Shown: in pieces, positions 50,868 through 62,488 of the stretch
How the letters are laid out: every line of letters begins with the position of its first letter
Numbering within the stretch: position 1 is the first letter of the stretch
DNA from: Octopus sinensis
Taxonomy: Eukaryota
Assembly (NCBI RefSeq): GCF_006345805.1
Contig: NC_043003.1
Coordinates: 39,742,001 to 39,806,000 of the forward strand
Reading direction: 5' to 3'
Length of the DNA: 64,000 nt
The notes under the pieces: generated by a model
The model's database searches: none
Told to the model about the DNA's origin: nothing
The model's input: only the letters and a program-made list of their open reading frames with translations
Position numbers and translations under genes: made by a program

Positions 50868-51134
50868 CTGTATTTTCTGGCATACAAATAGAATTTTTCA
50901 AACCAAAATTTACAGTCCAATGTAACTAAGTCAAATCTGGAGGGCCAAAAATTCCATGTGAAATGCAGCAGGATTTGGAAAAATAGTGATGATGATTGAA
51001 TGTTTACACTACATGTTTACACTATATGCTACATCCACTATATAGTACAATGTAGTGTATTGTATATTCTATAATGTACAATGTACAGTATCGTATTTTC
51101 TGACATATGTTGACTTGTATGCCAGAAAACACTG
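50868..51134. mobile_element. pogo/Tigger-like MITE
   Basis: TA|CTGTATTTTCTGGCATACAA ... TTGTATGCCAGAAAACACTG|TA; related copy at ~43295-43500. Confidence 0.7.
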
Positions 51135-52671
51135 TATGCTTTAAATAGGAACTATTTGATTCACTGAGAGAATATCCATGCAGTCACTTAGTCCAGTGCT
51201 ACTCAAAGTGGTACTCGATGGACCAGTGCTGGTCCATGAGTCATCAGCTGCCGGTACATGGCGAGTTTCCAGAAAAGAAAGAAACAGTAGAATAATTTTA
51301 GTAATTTCGCCTTATCCACTGCAATAAACAACTTGATAGATCGCCAGCCACTACACATTCTTTATTTTCTCTCCTTGTATCTTTCTGTGTTCCTTTCTGT
51401 GGAAGAGCGTAGGCTCAAAATGTTAATGACTTTTTCACTTCCCGAGCATTATACTAATACATCTGTTTGTTGTCTACACCACCTGTCTTCGTCTTTTGTT
51501 TTTTTCTGAATTCTCCCCGTAATATAGTATAATTTGTTTACAAAATAAATATAAGATTAAAAAAATTGTCAACTTTTATTATTTTCATTATATATATCGT
51601 TTCCAGTATAAATTAATAATACTAAGAAATATTATTGATCCCTGGCACATGGGAAAAAAAAAATTGCCAGTACGCCACATTAGATAGTTTGAGAAGCACT
51701 GACTTAATAAAACAGTTAAAGTTTCCTAATAGAAAACTCTTTCTTGTTTTTAAAATAAGGATTACCAGCAAGAATTTTTTTGTAACATAGCTTGACTTTT
51801 ACAATACAGTAGCTATATTGTTCTCAACAATTTCCTTTCTTTGCACATATTTATTGTAAAGCAGGAACCACAGAAATTTGTTTACACAATGAATTTGTTC
51901 AAATTTTGTCTCAAAACTGTCATTAAAATAGGGGGCAGGGCACATGTAATTAGATGATTATCAAACATAGTATTGTTGGAGATGTTCCAAGATGATGGAG
52001 AGTAAAAAGGGACTGAACCAGGTTTTCAAATATCTACTTTTGTGAGAAACAGATATTAACTATACTAAAGAAAGCAACCATATGCAAGTATGATTTATAT
52101 CAAAATACATTTTTAATTAGTTTATGTCTGTTTTCCCAGAATAACATTGTATGGGTTGGATTTTGTATATCATTGAAGCCATTTTTCTCATAGCTCTGTG
52201 GCAGGGACATCCTGCCCGGGTAGGCGAGGTAGGTAGTGCCTACCCTGAATAAAATAGATCGATAGTAGCATTTTCCTTTTATGGCAAAATATGCACCTAA
52301 TTCAATAAAATTATGAAAGTTACTCTGATTACTATGCATAAAATGTATTTTTTAGTAGAGTAGGTAGGCATAATTCACCCCTGCCTTTCAATTTCAGTAT
52401 TAATACTATGTATAATACTGCTGTGGTACACATGCTGTGTACATTCCTTCAACAACATTTTCTTTACGTGCTATAAAGGCAGAAGTAATTCTGCCTCCAA
52501 CTCAGTTGCATGCCTGTGTTTTGCTTATTTTTTGTGTGTTTTACTACATAAACATTACCAACTGCCTACCCTGAGTAATTATTGACACTATGTGCTTGCC
52601 CTGTGGTCTTTCTACCACTAACAATGTTTTTTTCGCGTTCTCTTTAAACTTGTTTTTTTTTTTTACCACAG

Positions 52672-52814
52672 AAATTAAAGGGTCACTCAAGTTCAATAAT
52701 GTGTCTTAAATTTGACCGCTGGCATATTGTAAGTGGGGATAAAGATGGTTATGCCATGGCCTGGAGTTCCCAAGGTAATCATAGCCGCTGTCTGAGTGTT
52801 TTCAAACATCCAAA
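52672..52814 (+). CDS. FBXW10: FBXW10-like coding exon 7 (WD40); not in the ORF track
   Basis: Acceptor ttttttaccacag; KLKGHSSSIMCLKFDRWHIVSGDKDGYAMAWSSQGNHSRCLSVFKHP; donor gtaaga at 52815. Phases 0/2 bridge exons 6 and 8 exactly. Confidence 0.93.
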
Positions 52815-53575
52815 GTAAGATCCGATTTCATTGGTAAATTTCTTTTGTAGTTGAGGTATTGTAAAAGAATTGTACCTACATATATAAATGCAGAAATTCA
52901 CATACATACATACATACAACCATACATACATACACACATACATACATACATACAACCATACATACATACATACATACATACATACATACATACCTATCTG
53001 CATGCATGCATGCATACATACATACATACATAAACCATACATACATACCTGCATGCATGCATACACACATGCATACATACATACATACATACATACATAC
53101 ATACATACATACATACATACGTACGTGCGTGCATACATACATACATACATACATACATACTACATACATACAAACATGCATACAATATACATACATAGAT
53201 ACACAGATACATACATGCAATATACATAAATATATACAATATATATACATGGAGACACACATACAACATACATACATACATACATATATACATACATACA
53301 CATACACATACATACATATGTACATACAGCATGGCTGTGTGGTTAAGAAGTTTACTTCGTTGCCCTTGTTGCTTTGGGTTCAATTCCACAGTAAAATTTG
53401 ATAAACAGAAACTGTACAGAAGTCTATCATGTATATATATATGTGTCTATGTAGATCATATATGTATGTCTGTGTGCATGTGTGTATATGAATGTGTTTA
53501 CATTTCTTTGAGTGAGTGTGTGCACATGTGTGTGTGTGGGTGTTGATGTGTTTTTTGTTCTGATTAATAATTATT

Positions 53576-54072
53576 TGTGACGCATATTTGCCAATTAAAT
53601 ATGGCTAACCCTTAAGGGTGGATGCTACTGTAGTTTGTAGGTCCAGGAGGACACCTCCTCCAGTTGGCTTTAGACACACTTTCTGTGCCCTATCAGTATT
53701 TGCAAAGGGAAGCCATCCTTCCCGTCTTCAACTTATGATACACACAGACTCGAGTTTCTGGGTATTGACCCGTCATTGGTGTGTGACAATCACAGTTGTC
53801 GATGAGAAGTAGGTTCCCTTCACAAACACTTATACTTTTTCCACATCGACAACTGTGATTGTCACATGCTGATGACGGGTCAATACCCAGAAACTCGAGT
53901 CTGTGTGTATCATAAGTTGAAGACGGGAAGGATGGCTTCCCTTTGCAAATACTGATAGAGCACAGAAAGTGTGTCTAAAGCCAGCTGGTGGAGGTGTCCT
54001 CCTGGGGCTACAAACTACAGTAGCATCCACCCTTAGGGGTTAGCCATATTTAAATGGCAAATATACGTCACA
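53576..54072. repeat. Near-perfect 229-bp inverted repeat with a 39-nt loop (fold-back element)
   Basis: Arms 53576-53804 and 53844-54072; about 12 mismatches counted by eye; termini TGTGACG...CGTCACA. Confidence 0.95.
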
Positions 54073-54201
54073 GTGTGTTGCAGCTACTGTTTATAACTCG
54101 CTCTAAGATTTATTATTGAATAATTATTTATTGTAAGAAAATGCCATTTACTGAACTCAGTTTTCTAAAACCTAATAATCATTGCTTTATATTTATTTCA
54201 G

Positions 54202-54360
54202 GGAAGTGTGGTGTATTGAGCTTGCATTTCTGAGAGTTGTTACTGGATCTGATGATGGTAGGATCCGAATATGGAATTTGATAACTGGCCAGTGTTGCCG
54301 AATTATGAGAGGTAACAGCCAGAGTGATCCAATACTGCATCTATTCCCTGTTGCAAATAG
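54202..54360 (+). CDS. FBXW10: FBXW10-like coding exon 8 (WD40)
   Basis: Acceptor tttatttcag; EVWCIELAFLRVVTGSDDGRIRIWNLITGQCCRIMRGNSQSDPIL; donor gtgaga at 54361, phase 2. Confidence 0.93.
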
Positions 54361-54454
54361 GTGAGAAGATTAACGCCAATTTTCTGTAAATTGTTCAAAC
54401 AATCATGTAACCTGGTCATCATTATCACAATTAGTATTATTATTATTATTATTA

Positions 54455-54489
<35 letters not shown>

Positions 54490-54497
<8 letters not shown>

Positions 54498-55085
54498 TCG
54501 TTTAGCGTCCGCTTTCCATGCTGGCATGGGTTGGAGGGTTCAACTGGGGTCTGTGAAGCCAGAAGGCTGCACCAGGCCCAGTCTGATCTGGCAATGTTTC
54601 TACGGCTGGATGCCTTTCCTAACGCCAACCACTCCATGAGTGTAGTGGGTGCTTTTTACGTGCCAGATGAGGCTGGCAAATGGCCACGATCAGATGGTTC
54701 TTTTTATGTACCACCGGCACGGAAGCCAGGTGAGGCTGGCAATGGCCACGATCGGATGGTGCTTTTTACATGCTACTGGCACAGAGGCCACTCGGGGCGG
54801 CGCTGGCAATGGCCACGTTTCGATGGTTCTCTTATGTGTCACCGGCACTGGTATCACAGCTACGATTTCCATTGATGTTGATCGATTTTGATTTTGATTT
54901 TCACTTGCCTCAACAGGTTTTCACAAGTAGAGTTTTGTGTCCCAAGAAGGAAAGGTATGCATAAGTGGACTGAGGCCACGGGTTATGGCCTCACTTGTCC
55001 TGATGGGTCTTTTCACACACAGCATACTTCCAAAGGTCTCGGTCTCTAGTCATTTCCTCAGTGAGACCTAAAGTTCAAAGGTCGT
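54490..55085 (-). mobile_element. RTE LINE 3' end (ORF terminus plus UTR)
   Basis: KHDL.TLGLTEEMTRDRDLWKYAV followed by the RTE tail ending in (GAT/AAT)n. Confidence 0.8.
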
Positions 55086-55333
55086 GCTTCATTATTATTG
55101 TTATTATTATTATTATCTCTATCATCCTCGCCACCACCTTTTCTCTTTAAACCTTTGTATTCTATGTATGTGTCCCTTCTTTTTTAGTGTATACCGTGTA
55201 TACTTTCTTTTTTTATCATTTCATTATATGCAAGCCCCAACACTTTGTGTCTGTCTTTGTACTGTCCCTCTTTCTCTCATCCTTCACCCTTGTGGTAAAT
55301 AAATGAAATCATCATCATTATTATTATTATTAT

Positions 55334-56834
55334 AGACATCACACAGTATACAATATTGTGAGGTTGTTGATTGAAGATATTGTGTCTACTGGAGGTTTGT
55401 ACTGTTTGTCAAATCACAACAAGGACCTCAGACAAACAGTACTTTATGCAATATGCATGCAGTTCCAAGTAATGCTGACTTTTGCAATACACCTAGATTG
55501 TAGTGTATTTCTAAAGTTTTCAGCTGTTTTTTCAGATTGGGTGGTATTGAACTCGATACTCCGATGATAATAGGTATAACCTTTATGTTTGACTCTCATA
55601 TCTGCCACATCTTAGCAATCTCAGTTCTCAGGTCTCCATATTTATCAACTTTTTCTCTTTCTTTCATGATGATATGTTGAACTCTGGCCACTGCCACATC
55701 GACTATCAGGCACTCTTGTTTGTCCTACCTATAGGTTACTATATCCGGCCTTTGGTGCGCTAATACTTAGTCTGTCTGAAAGTCAAAGTCCCAGGGGATT
55801 TTTGCCTTTCTCTTTTTGTCCATTACCTTTTCCGGTGTATGTTGGTACCAAGCACCTATAACATTATATCCATACTTAGGGCATAGTAGCCAGTGGAGGT
55901 TTTGGGCTACCGTGTCATGTCTATGTTTGTACTCTTTCTGCTCAAGACTTTCACAAGCACTGACAAGGTGAGTCATGCTTCTGACCCTCTTCCCACACAT
56001 TCTGCAGAGGTCCGTTGCACTTGTATAGTATATATTCGTTTTCACTAAGTTGGTATTCAGTGGTCCTGAGCAACAATGATTAAGCTTTCAGTATTCTTTT
56101 TTAGGTCACTCCATGATGCCTCTTGGCCTTTTAATTTGTTGGTTTCATGGTGGAACTGACCATATTATTCCATGTGGAGTAAGGTTTCTTCTCTCTCGTT
56201 TGGTGTTCTTGATCACAATTCACAAGCACTCTCAAGTCATTTTTGTTAAATCCTTCTGCATTAGCAGTATACTGTAGCAGGTTTTGTTTGCTGTTTACCA
56301 AATATTCTGTTATGTTTCTTCTTTCACTGTTGATGCACTCTTGTACACTAATCAACCCATGTCCACCTTTACTACTCTTCATGTAGAGCCTGTGTACATT
56401 CACCTTAGGGTGGAGGGCAGCATACATTGTCATTGTCTTTTGAGTAGTGTGATTGAGTTGGTTAATCTCGCTTGTGTCCATTTCAAGATGGGTGCACTAT
56501 AGTGGACTACAGCAACTGCTCATATGTTGATGGCAGTCACAAGGTTCTTTTAGTTGAGTTTTGATTTCAAGAGAAGTTTAAGGTGCTTGAAACATGCAGT
56601 GATGATCTTGTCTTTCATTTCTTTATGCAAGATATTGTCCAGCTCCAGGATCTCAAGGTACTTGTACCCATTATCATCCGAGTCTTTCATTCTCTCTTCA
56701 TTTGGCAATTCTATGCCTCTACAATTTGCTCTTTTCCCTCACTTCATAGTAAGCACCGAACACTTTGAGACACCGAATTCCATCCCTATATCCATGCTGC
56801 ACATTTGCACAGTCTCAACTAGCCTCTCCATTCC
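55334..56834 (-). pseudogene. R4/Dong-like LINE, 5'-truncated, with CCHC and restriction-like endonuclease domains
   Basis: GMEFGVSKC, YKYLEILE, LHPKVNVHRLYM...GGHGL, CRMCGK...MTHLVSAC...YKHRHDTVA, WDFDFQTD..RPDI, LIVDVAV, LQKSALLGTA..L*; (TAA)n on both flanks. Confidence 0.88.
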
Positions 56835-56874
56835 ATTATTATTATTATTATTATTATTATCATTATTATTAAAG

Positions 56875-57470
56875 TAGCAGGCTGGCAGAATTGTTAGCAC
56901 ACCAGACAAAAAGCTTAGCAGCATTTCGTCGGTTTTTATATTCCAAGTTCAAATTCTGCTGAGGTCGACCTTGCTTCCATCTTTTTTGGGGTTGATAAAA
57001 CAAGTACCAGCCAAGCACTGGGCTTGATGTAATCGACTTACCTGCTCCTCTAAAAATATTGGACTTGTGCCAAAATTTGAAATCTTTATTATTGTTATTA
57101 TAACTAAGGCAGTGAGCTGGTAGAATTGTTAGCATGCCAGGCAAAATGTTCAGCAGTATTTCATCTGTTGCTACATTCTGAGTTCAAATTCCACCGAGGT
57201 TGACTTCGCCTCTCATCCTTTGGGTGGGGGGTTAAAATAAGTACCAGTTATGTGCTGGGGTTAATTTAATCGACTAGCTCCCTTCTCACCAAAATTTTCA
57301 AGGCCTTGTGCCTAGAGTAGAAATAATTCTGAATTCAAATTCCACTGAAGTCGACTTTACCTTGCATTCTTTCAGGGTTGATAAATTAAGTACCAGTGAA
57401 GCACTGGGGATGATGTAATTGACTAGTCTCCTCCTCCAAAATTTCAGGTCTAATGGCTATAGTAGAAAGG
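56875..57470 (+). mobile_element. Three tandem SINE family B copies
   Basis: Heads at ~56875 and ~57108 and a headless third unit at ~57325; CpGs mostly mutated. Confidence 0.8.
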
Positions 57471-57499
57471 ATTATTATTATTATAACTATTATATATAT

Positions 57500-58255
57500 G
57501 CTATAGCAGTAAGCAAGGATGTTGTTTTGAGGTTTGGAGGCAACAAATCTCCTCACATCTCAAGACATTTTCTGATGATACCTTCAGAATACAGAATTAC
57601 ACTTTTCTGCATATTTGACAATGTGTTTCTCAGCCTTTTAAATAGCAGTTTGAGTGTTGTGTCAAGTGTACCAATTACCATAAGAATAATTGTCATCTTA
57701 GCCTTCCATAATTTTTTAAACTCCTGATATTGCTCAATTTTTTCTATATCCATTCCATTACCATATGACCTTACACTGTTTGTTTCTTTCGTCCTCTATA
57801 ATCATATCCAGTCTTCTTGCTTCAATATGGTCAATCTTTATAGGGAAATCGTATATAGTCTTGTAACTTTTATTCATAGCCTCTGTTTCTAGTTCATACC
57901 ACTTTTCTGTTACTCTGAATCTACACATTTCGCTAACATCCTAATGCACTTTTCACTTATATAGTCATACCTGCTCTTAAACTTTTTCCATGATAGCTTA
58001 CTAAATTCAATCGAGATATGGTTAATACTTTCATCTCCTCTCCCACAGATTCTGCATTTGCTCTTCAACTGAATTTTATTAAACTTTGCCTTTATTAAAT
58101 TCATTCTAATGGCTTGTTCCCGAGTGGCTGTAATAAGTGCTTCAGTTTCTTGTTTCAGGTTTCTACCCATCAGCCACAACCAGCCTTCTTTACTTACAAC
58201 ATTGTTGGTTTGTTGCATGAATTGGTCACATAATTTGCTTCTTGTGGAAGGCATG
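57500..58255 (-). pseudogene. Second R4/Dong-like LINE 3' fragment
   Basis: WLMGRNLKQETEALITA.REQA...CRICGRGDESINHI...; IGTLDT...MQKSVIL..IIRKCLEM*. Confidence 0.8.
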
Positions 58256-58715
58256 CATGCATTTCACTGGCTGGGTGGTCTGCTGTGAGCACTCCCTGTA
58301 TAGAAAGCTGTGCTGAGATTGCACCATCTACAGAGATTCCAGGATAGTGAGCAGGTGTAGTCACCCTTTATCAAGCATATTTTCTCCACAGTTCATCTCT
58401 TTTGTGGAGATCCAGTACTAAGTCTAGTGAAAACCAAGACTGGATGGCTTTTGTCATGACTGGAATTTTGTCATTTGTTCACAACCCTCTACTAGTTAGG
58501 TAATATACCTAGTGAAACTGCTACATTAGCATTCTATGGAGAGCTATAAATGGGAAAGAGTGCAAACATTCTTGGTGAATCAACTGGCTGGTCTGTTCTG
58601 GGTGACTTTCAGGTTGGGTACTATGAGGTACAATGGATAACTTCCAAAAATCCTCTTAAGAAATATTGAATAGACACTGTCATATATTGCTTTTATTTTT
58701 CTTTATTATTTTCAG

Positions 58716-60228
58716 ACTTACCGTAAATACCCACACTAAAATATTGACATTGATATTTGAAGAAATAGAATGGAACTATGACCTAGAGAATGACAGTTTA
58801 CCCCCACTGACTCAGTACACTGGCTCAAGTCACCACTCTAGAAATGAGAAGTGGCAATATTTAAATTGGTCAGAGAACAGAATAGGCAGTGATAGCTTTT
58901 CAAATAGTAATCTTTCAAAATCTTTCTCCTTGCTTGGACAAAAAAGCAACTCTCAAATACAAAGAATGAGCATATCAGAAGATAGTAAGAGTTTTCAACT
59001 CAACCGTAAAGTTAAAAGTTTTAGAACAAACCATTTGGCAATATCTAAATACAATTTGAAGAATCGATTGAGCCACTCAGCTCAAAGTGATTATGGATCA
59101 AAAGACAAAATGGCTCACTCTTCACAAAACTGTCAAAGGACCTCAAGCAAGTTGAAGAAGAAAGATGCCACCTGGCAGCAGAAATCTAAAAGTGAGAGTG
59201 ACATGAAAACAGATTCTGTCAAAAAGTCTGCAGTAATTTCAAATAATGTTTCCCAAATTGATCAAAATGGTGAGAATCTAAAATCTGATGAAGAAACTGA
59301 TCAGGAGTTAACTTTGGTGCGTAGATTATCCTGGTCGTTTGATCCCCCTAAGATTGTTGAGTCCAAAGAAGTTACTTTGCTAGAAACTAAAAGCTTGCTG
59401 AGGTCCCAAATTCGTAGTAAAACTAAAGTAAAAATTCCAGAGTTTATCCGTTTAACAAGACAAGCTTACCAGCAGCAAAGTAAACTTACAGATGTGACAC
59501 CTTCAAAAACACACCGGTCTTTCTCTTCTCCAGGGAAAATTGACCCAAGGACAAGAATTTCTCTCGACCAAGTATTCCTATCCCAATTGAAGGACTGTGG
59601 TTCTTCCAATGAAAATAAAGAAAACAATGATGATGATCCAAAAGGTAAGACAGAAGCTAGAATTATGACAAAGACAACAGTACTGACCAAGTTTGTCACA
59701 AAATACACCAAAACCAAGGCAAAATTTGAAATGCAATCACCAAAAGTAAAGTCTACCATTCCAAGAGGTTGGACCACAAGTCCTGCACCAACTTGGTTTC
59801 TACTGGAACAAGATTCAAAATCCTGTGTTATTAGACCATTTACAGCTTTTACTAAAAATGCCAAATCAGATTCAGATTTGCTTCTAAAAAGAGGAATTCA
59901 TTCTTCAGATTCTCTCATGCAGCCAGTTCAAAGATTAATTCCATCCAAACAACAGATGGATAAAATTGCTGAACTTCAGGCAAAGTACCGTTTAAGGTGT
60001 GAAAGTCGACGGCAGGATAGCATGATACATGGCAGGGTGAGGTTGTGTGATGATCCACTTAGAGATTATGCTGAATTTCATCTGAAAACATATCAGGAAG
60101 AAAACCAAGAAATTGAAGAGATGGAGAGAAAGAAAAAATGTCTAGAAATGGAGCAAAAACAAAAGCAAGAACAGAAGCAGATAGCACATTGGTTGGCATT
60201 TTCTAAGGGTTTACGTACATCAAGTTGA
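58716..60228 (+). CDS. FBXW10: FBXW10-like terminal coding exon 9 (end of WD40 region plus long Ser/Lys-rich tail)
   Basis: Acceptor ttattattttcag; RLTVNTHTKILTLIFEEIEWNY completes the WD40 region; frame open to TGA at 60226-60228. Sum of the 9 exons is 3447 nt, divisible by 3. Confidence 0.88.
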
Positions 60229-60275
60229 TATCAAATCTACAACAAGAATGTAAGAGAGGCAACCAAACTGTTCCA

Positions 60276-60281
60276 ATTAAA
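60276..60281 (+). promoter_or_regulatory. Possible polyadenylation signal (ATTAAA)
   Basis: Variant PAS ~50 nt after the FBXW10 stop; AT-rich background makes a chance match likely. Confidence 0.25.
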
Positions 60282-60899
60282 TTATAATTAATTTATTCCT
60301 TTAGACATAATTCTCCAATTTCTATAGGGAAGTAGGATGTATTTGCCTGAACAAAAGTATATCACTGGTATTATTTTAAACTCTTTAGAAAATTGAAAGA
60401 CAAGGAGTTATTTGAACTTGTAATGTAGAGAGATGGAACTAAATGCTGTAATGAATTTAGTCTGACAAATTACCATTTGAGCTGACAATATTCTCTAAAT
60501 TGTTGAGAATGGCTACCAGACTAGCTGAAAATTTTTTCACTGTTTTTGTACATATTGATTATATTTAGAGTAGAAGATTTATCCTTTTACTACAGTATCA
60601 TTGATATTAAAGAAAAAATAGACCTCAGTGGTTCATTGAAGCAGGACTTAATGTTTATACCTGAAATTTCAATGTTCCTACTTCATGGCACACTAGAGAT
60701 TAGATAATCCTTTCTCCTGTAGGCACAAGGCCTGAACTGTTTTTGGAGGGGGCTAGTAGATTACATTGACTTCAGTACTCAGTTGGTACTTTTTTCGTTT
60801 CCCCTGAAAAGATGAAAGGCAAAAGTCGACTTTTCATATAGCAAAATTATGAATGACATGTTTTCCAAGAAATTTTCCACGATCTTATTTTGGCTATAA

Positions 60900-61640
60900 A
60901 TTTTCTGAAACCCATTTAAAATACTGATTAAGCAAACTAAGTTATATACAGTCTCAACTATTTCTAGGGAGTCTTCCAGACATTGAAAGAATCCATTTTA
61001 TGGGTACTTTTATTGCTAACCATTCTACTACATATGAAGACTTTCTTATCTCTCATCTTTTACACACCCATTGTTTATCTTGGGTACACAGTATAGAGTT
61101 TCTATATACTCCTTTTCTGCATATTAAGAATTGCCACTTCCTAGATGGTGGTAAAGTTCTATGTTCTTTTTTACTAATTAAAACATATCTTTGCAAATTT
61201 ACTTCAAGACCTTGTGATTCTAGACTTGGCTTCCATGCTTGAAATTTCATCTCTAATTCTTTGACAGATTCAGCTAGATATAGATCATCAGTATACAGAA
61301 GTTCTCACAAACCACCAGTCTTAAACTCTCCTGTTAATGTAGGGAGGACTATAACTAGGAACAAGTTGAAAGTCCTCTAACGGACTCTTATTTGCATACC
61401 AAATTCCTTACTGAAGTCATTGCTAACTCTCACATTGCTGACATAGCTATATATGTTACCCTGAAAAGATCCTGCTCCACAAGTTGATAATTACTAAAAA
61501 CAGTGACTTGCTCTTAGCTAAGAACTTTTGTAGTTATATCACTAGGAAGAGGACTTGATAGTACCCCTATCCTGATACAAGCTTGAGCTGCATCTTGCAT
61601 AAACTAAATCTCTTCCTGATGAGTTGTGATATAATTCTTT
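60900..61640 (-). pseudogene. RTE-clade LINE RT fragment
   Basis: LLYTDDLYLAESVKELEMKFQAWKPSLESQGLEVNL...ICRKGVYRNSILCTQ. Confidence 0.82.
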
Positions 61641-62488
61641 CTGTCTCATAATTTGATCATCATTTAATGTCTGTTGTCCATGCTGGCATGGGTTGGATGG
61701 TCTGACCAGAACTGGCAAGCTGGGAAACTGCACCAGACTCCAGTCTGACTTGGTATGGTTTCTTCAGCTGGATGCCCTTCCTAACACCAACCACTTTACA
61801 GAGTGTGCTGGGTGCTTTGATGTGGCACTCAAGAGCACTTTTATGTGCTTGTTTTTTCCTTTTAGCAGCTGAACATAAAATCATTATGCCACTCATTAAG
61901 GATATCCTTTTTGATTGACTAAAACATATTTTGTAACTTGCTGAATATTTTCAGCATCTCAATGAATACCTTCATGGCTTGGCTGCTTTTATATTCCTAA
62001 TAGCTGTTTTAATCGTGTAACTGTCAACATTAATTAACTGGTCCCTCTTTTTGGCTGGTTTGGGATGTTCCGTTTCTCTCCCATGTTTTTCCCCATTTAA
62101 CAAATGCTTGTATTAGTTTTTTTTTTTTTCAAAGGTATTTTTTTTATCTCAGCATCAATGCTCCATTATTATTCTGTACATATTTACCCAATGGTATACT
62201 AGAAACTTTCGACAGTATCAAGATGTAGAAATTGCACATAATCAAAACAATACACTTCTGCTACAACCTCCTTAATCATGAACAAATTACAACTAAAAAC
62301 TTCCTAAACTTTACAAATGCTAATCCTTTCAGATCAAAAGTTACATAACAAGGCTACTCTCCCCCTTCAGTTATAAACAGCTACTGGTCCTCAACATAAC
62401 CTTAATGTCCCCAATTCTAAGGAAATTTTAATTAAAAATTTTTTTTTTTTTACTTGCCAAGACTGAAGGAAGCTACAGTGCTGATTAC

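Noticed and set aside
59466-59864. 132-aa antisense ORF
   Set aside because: Shadow of FBXW10 exon 9; no motifs or splice support.
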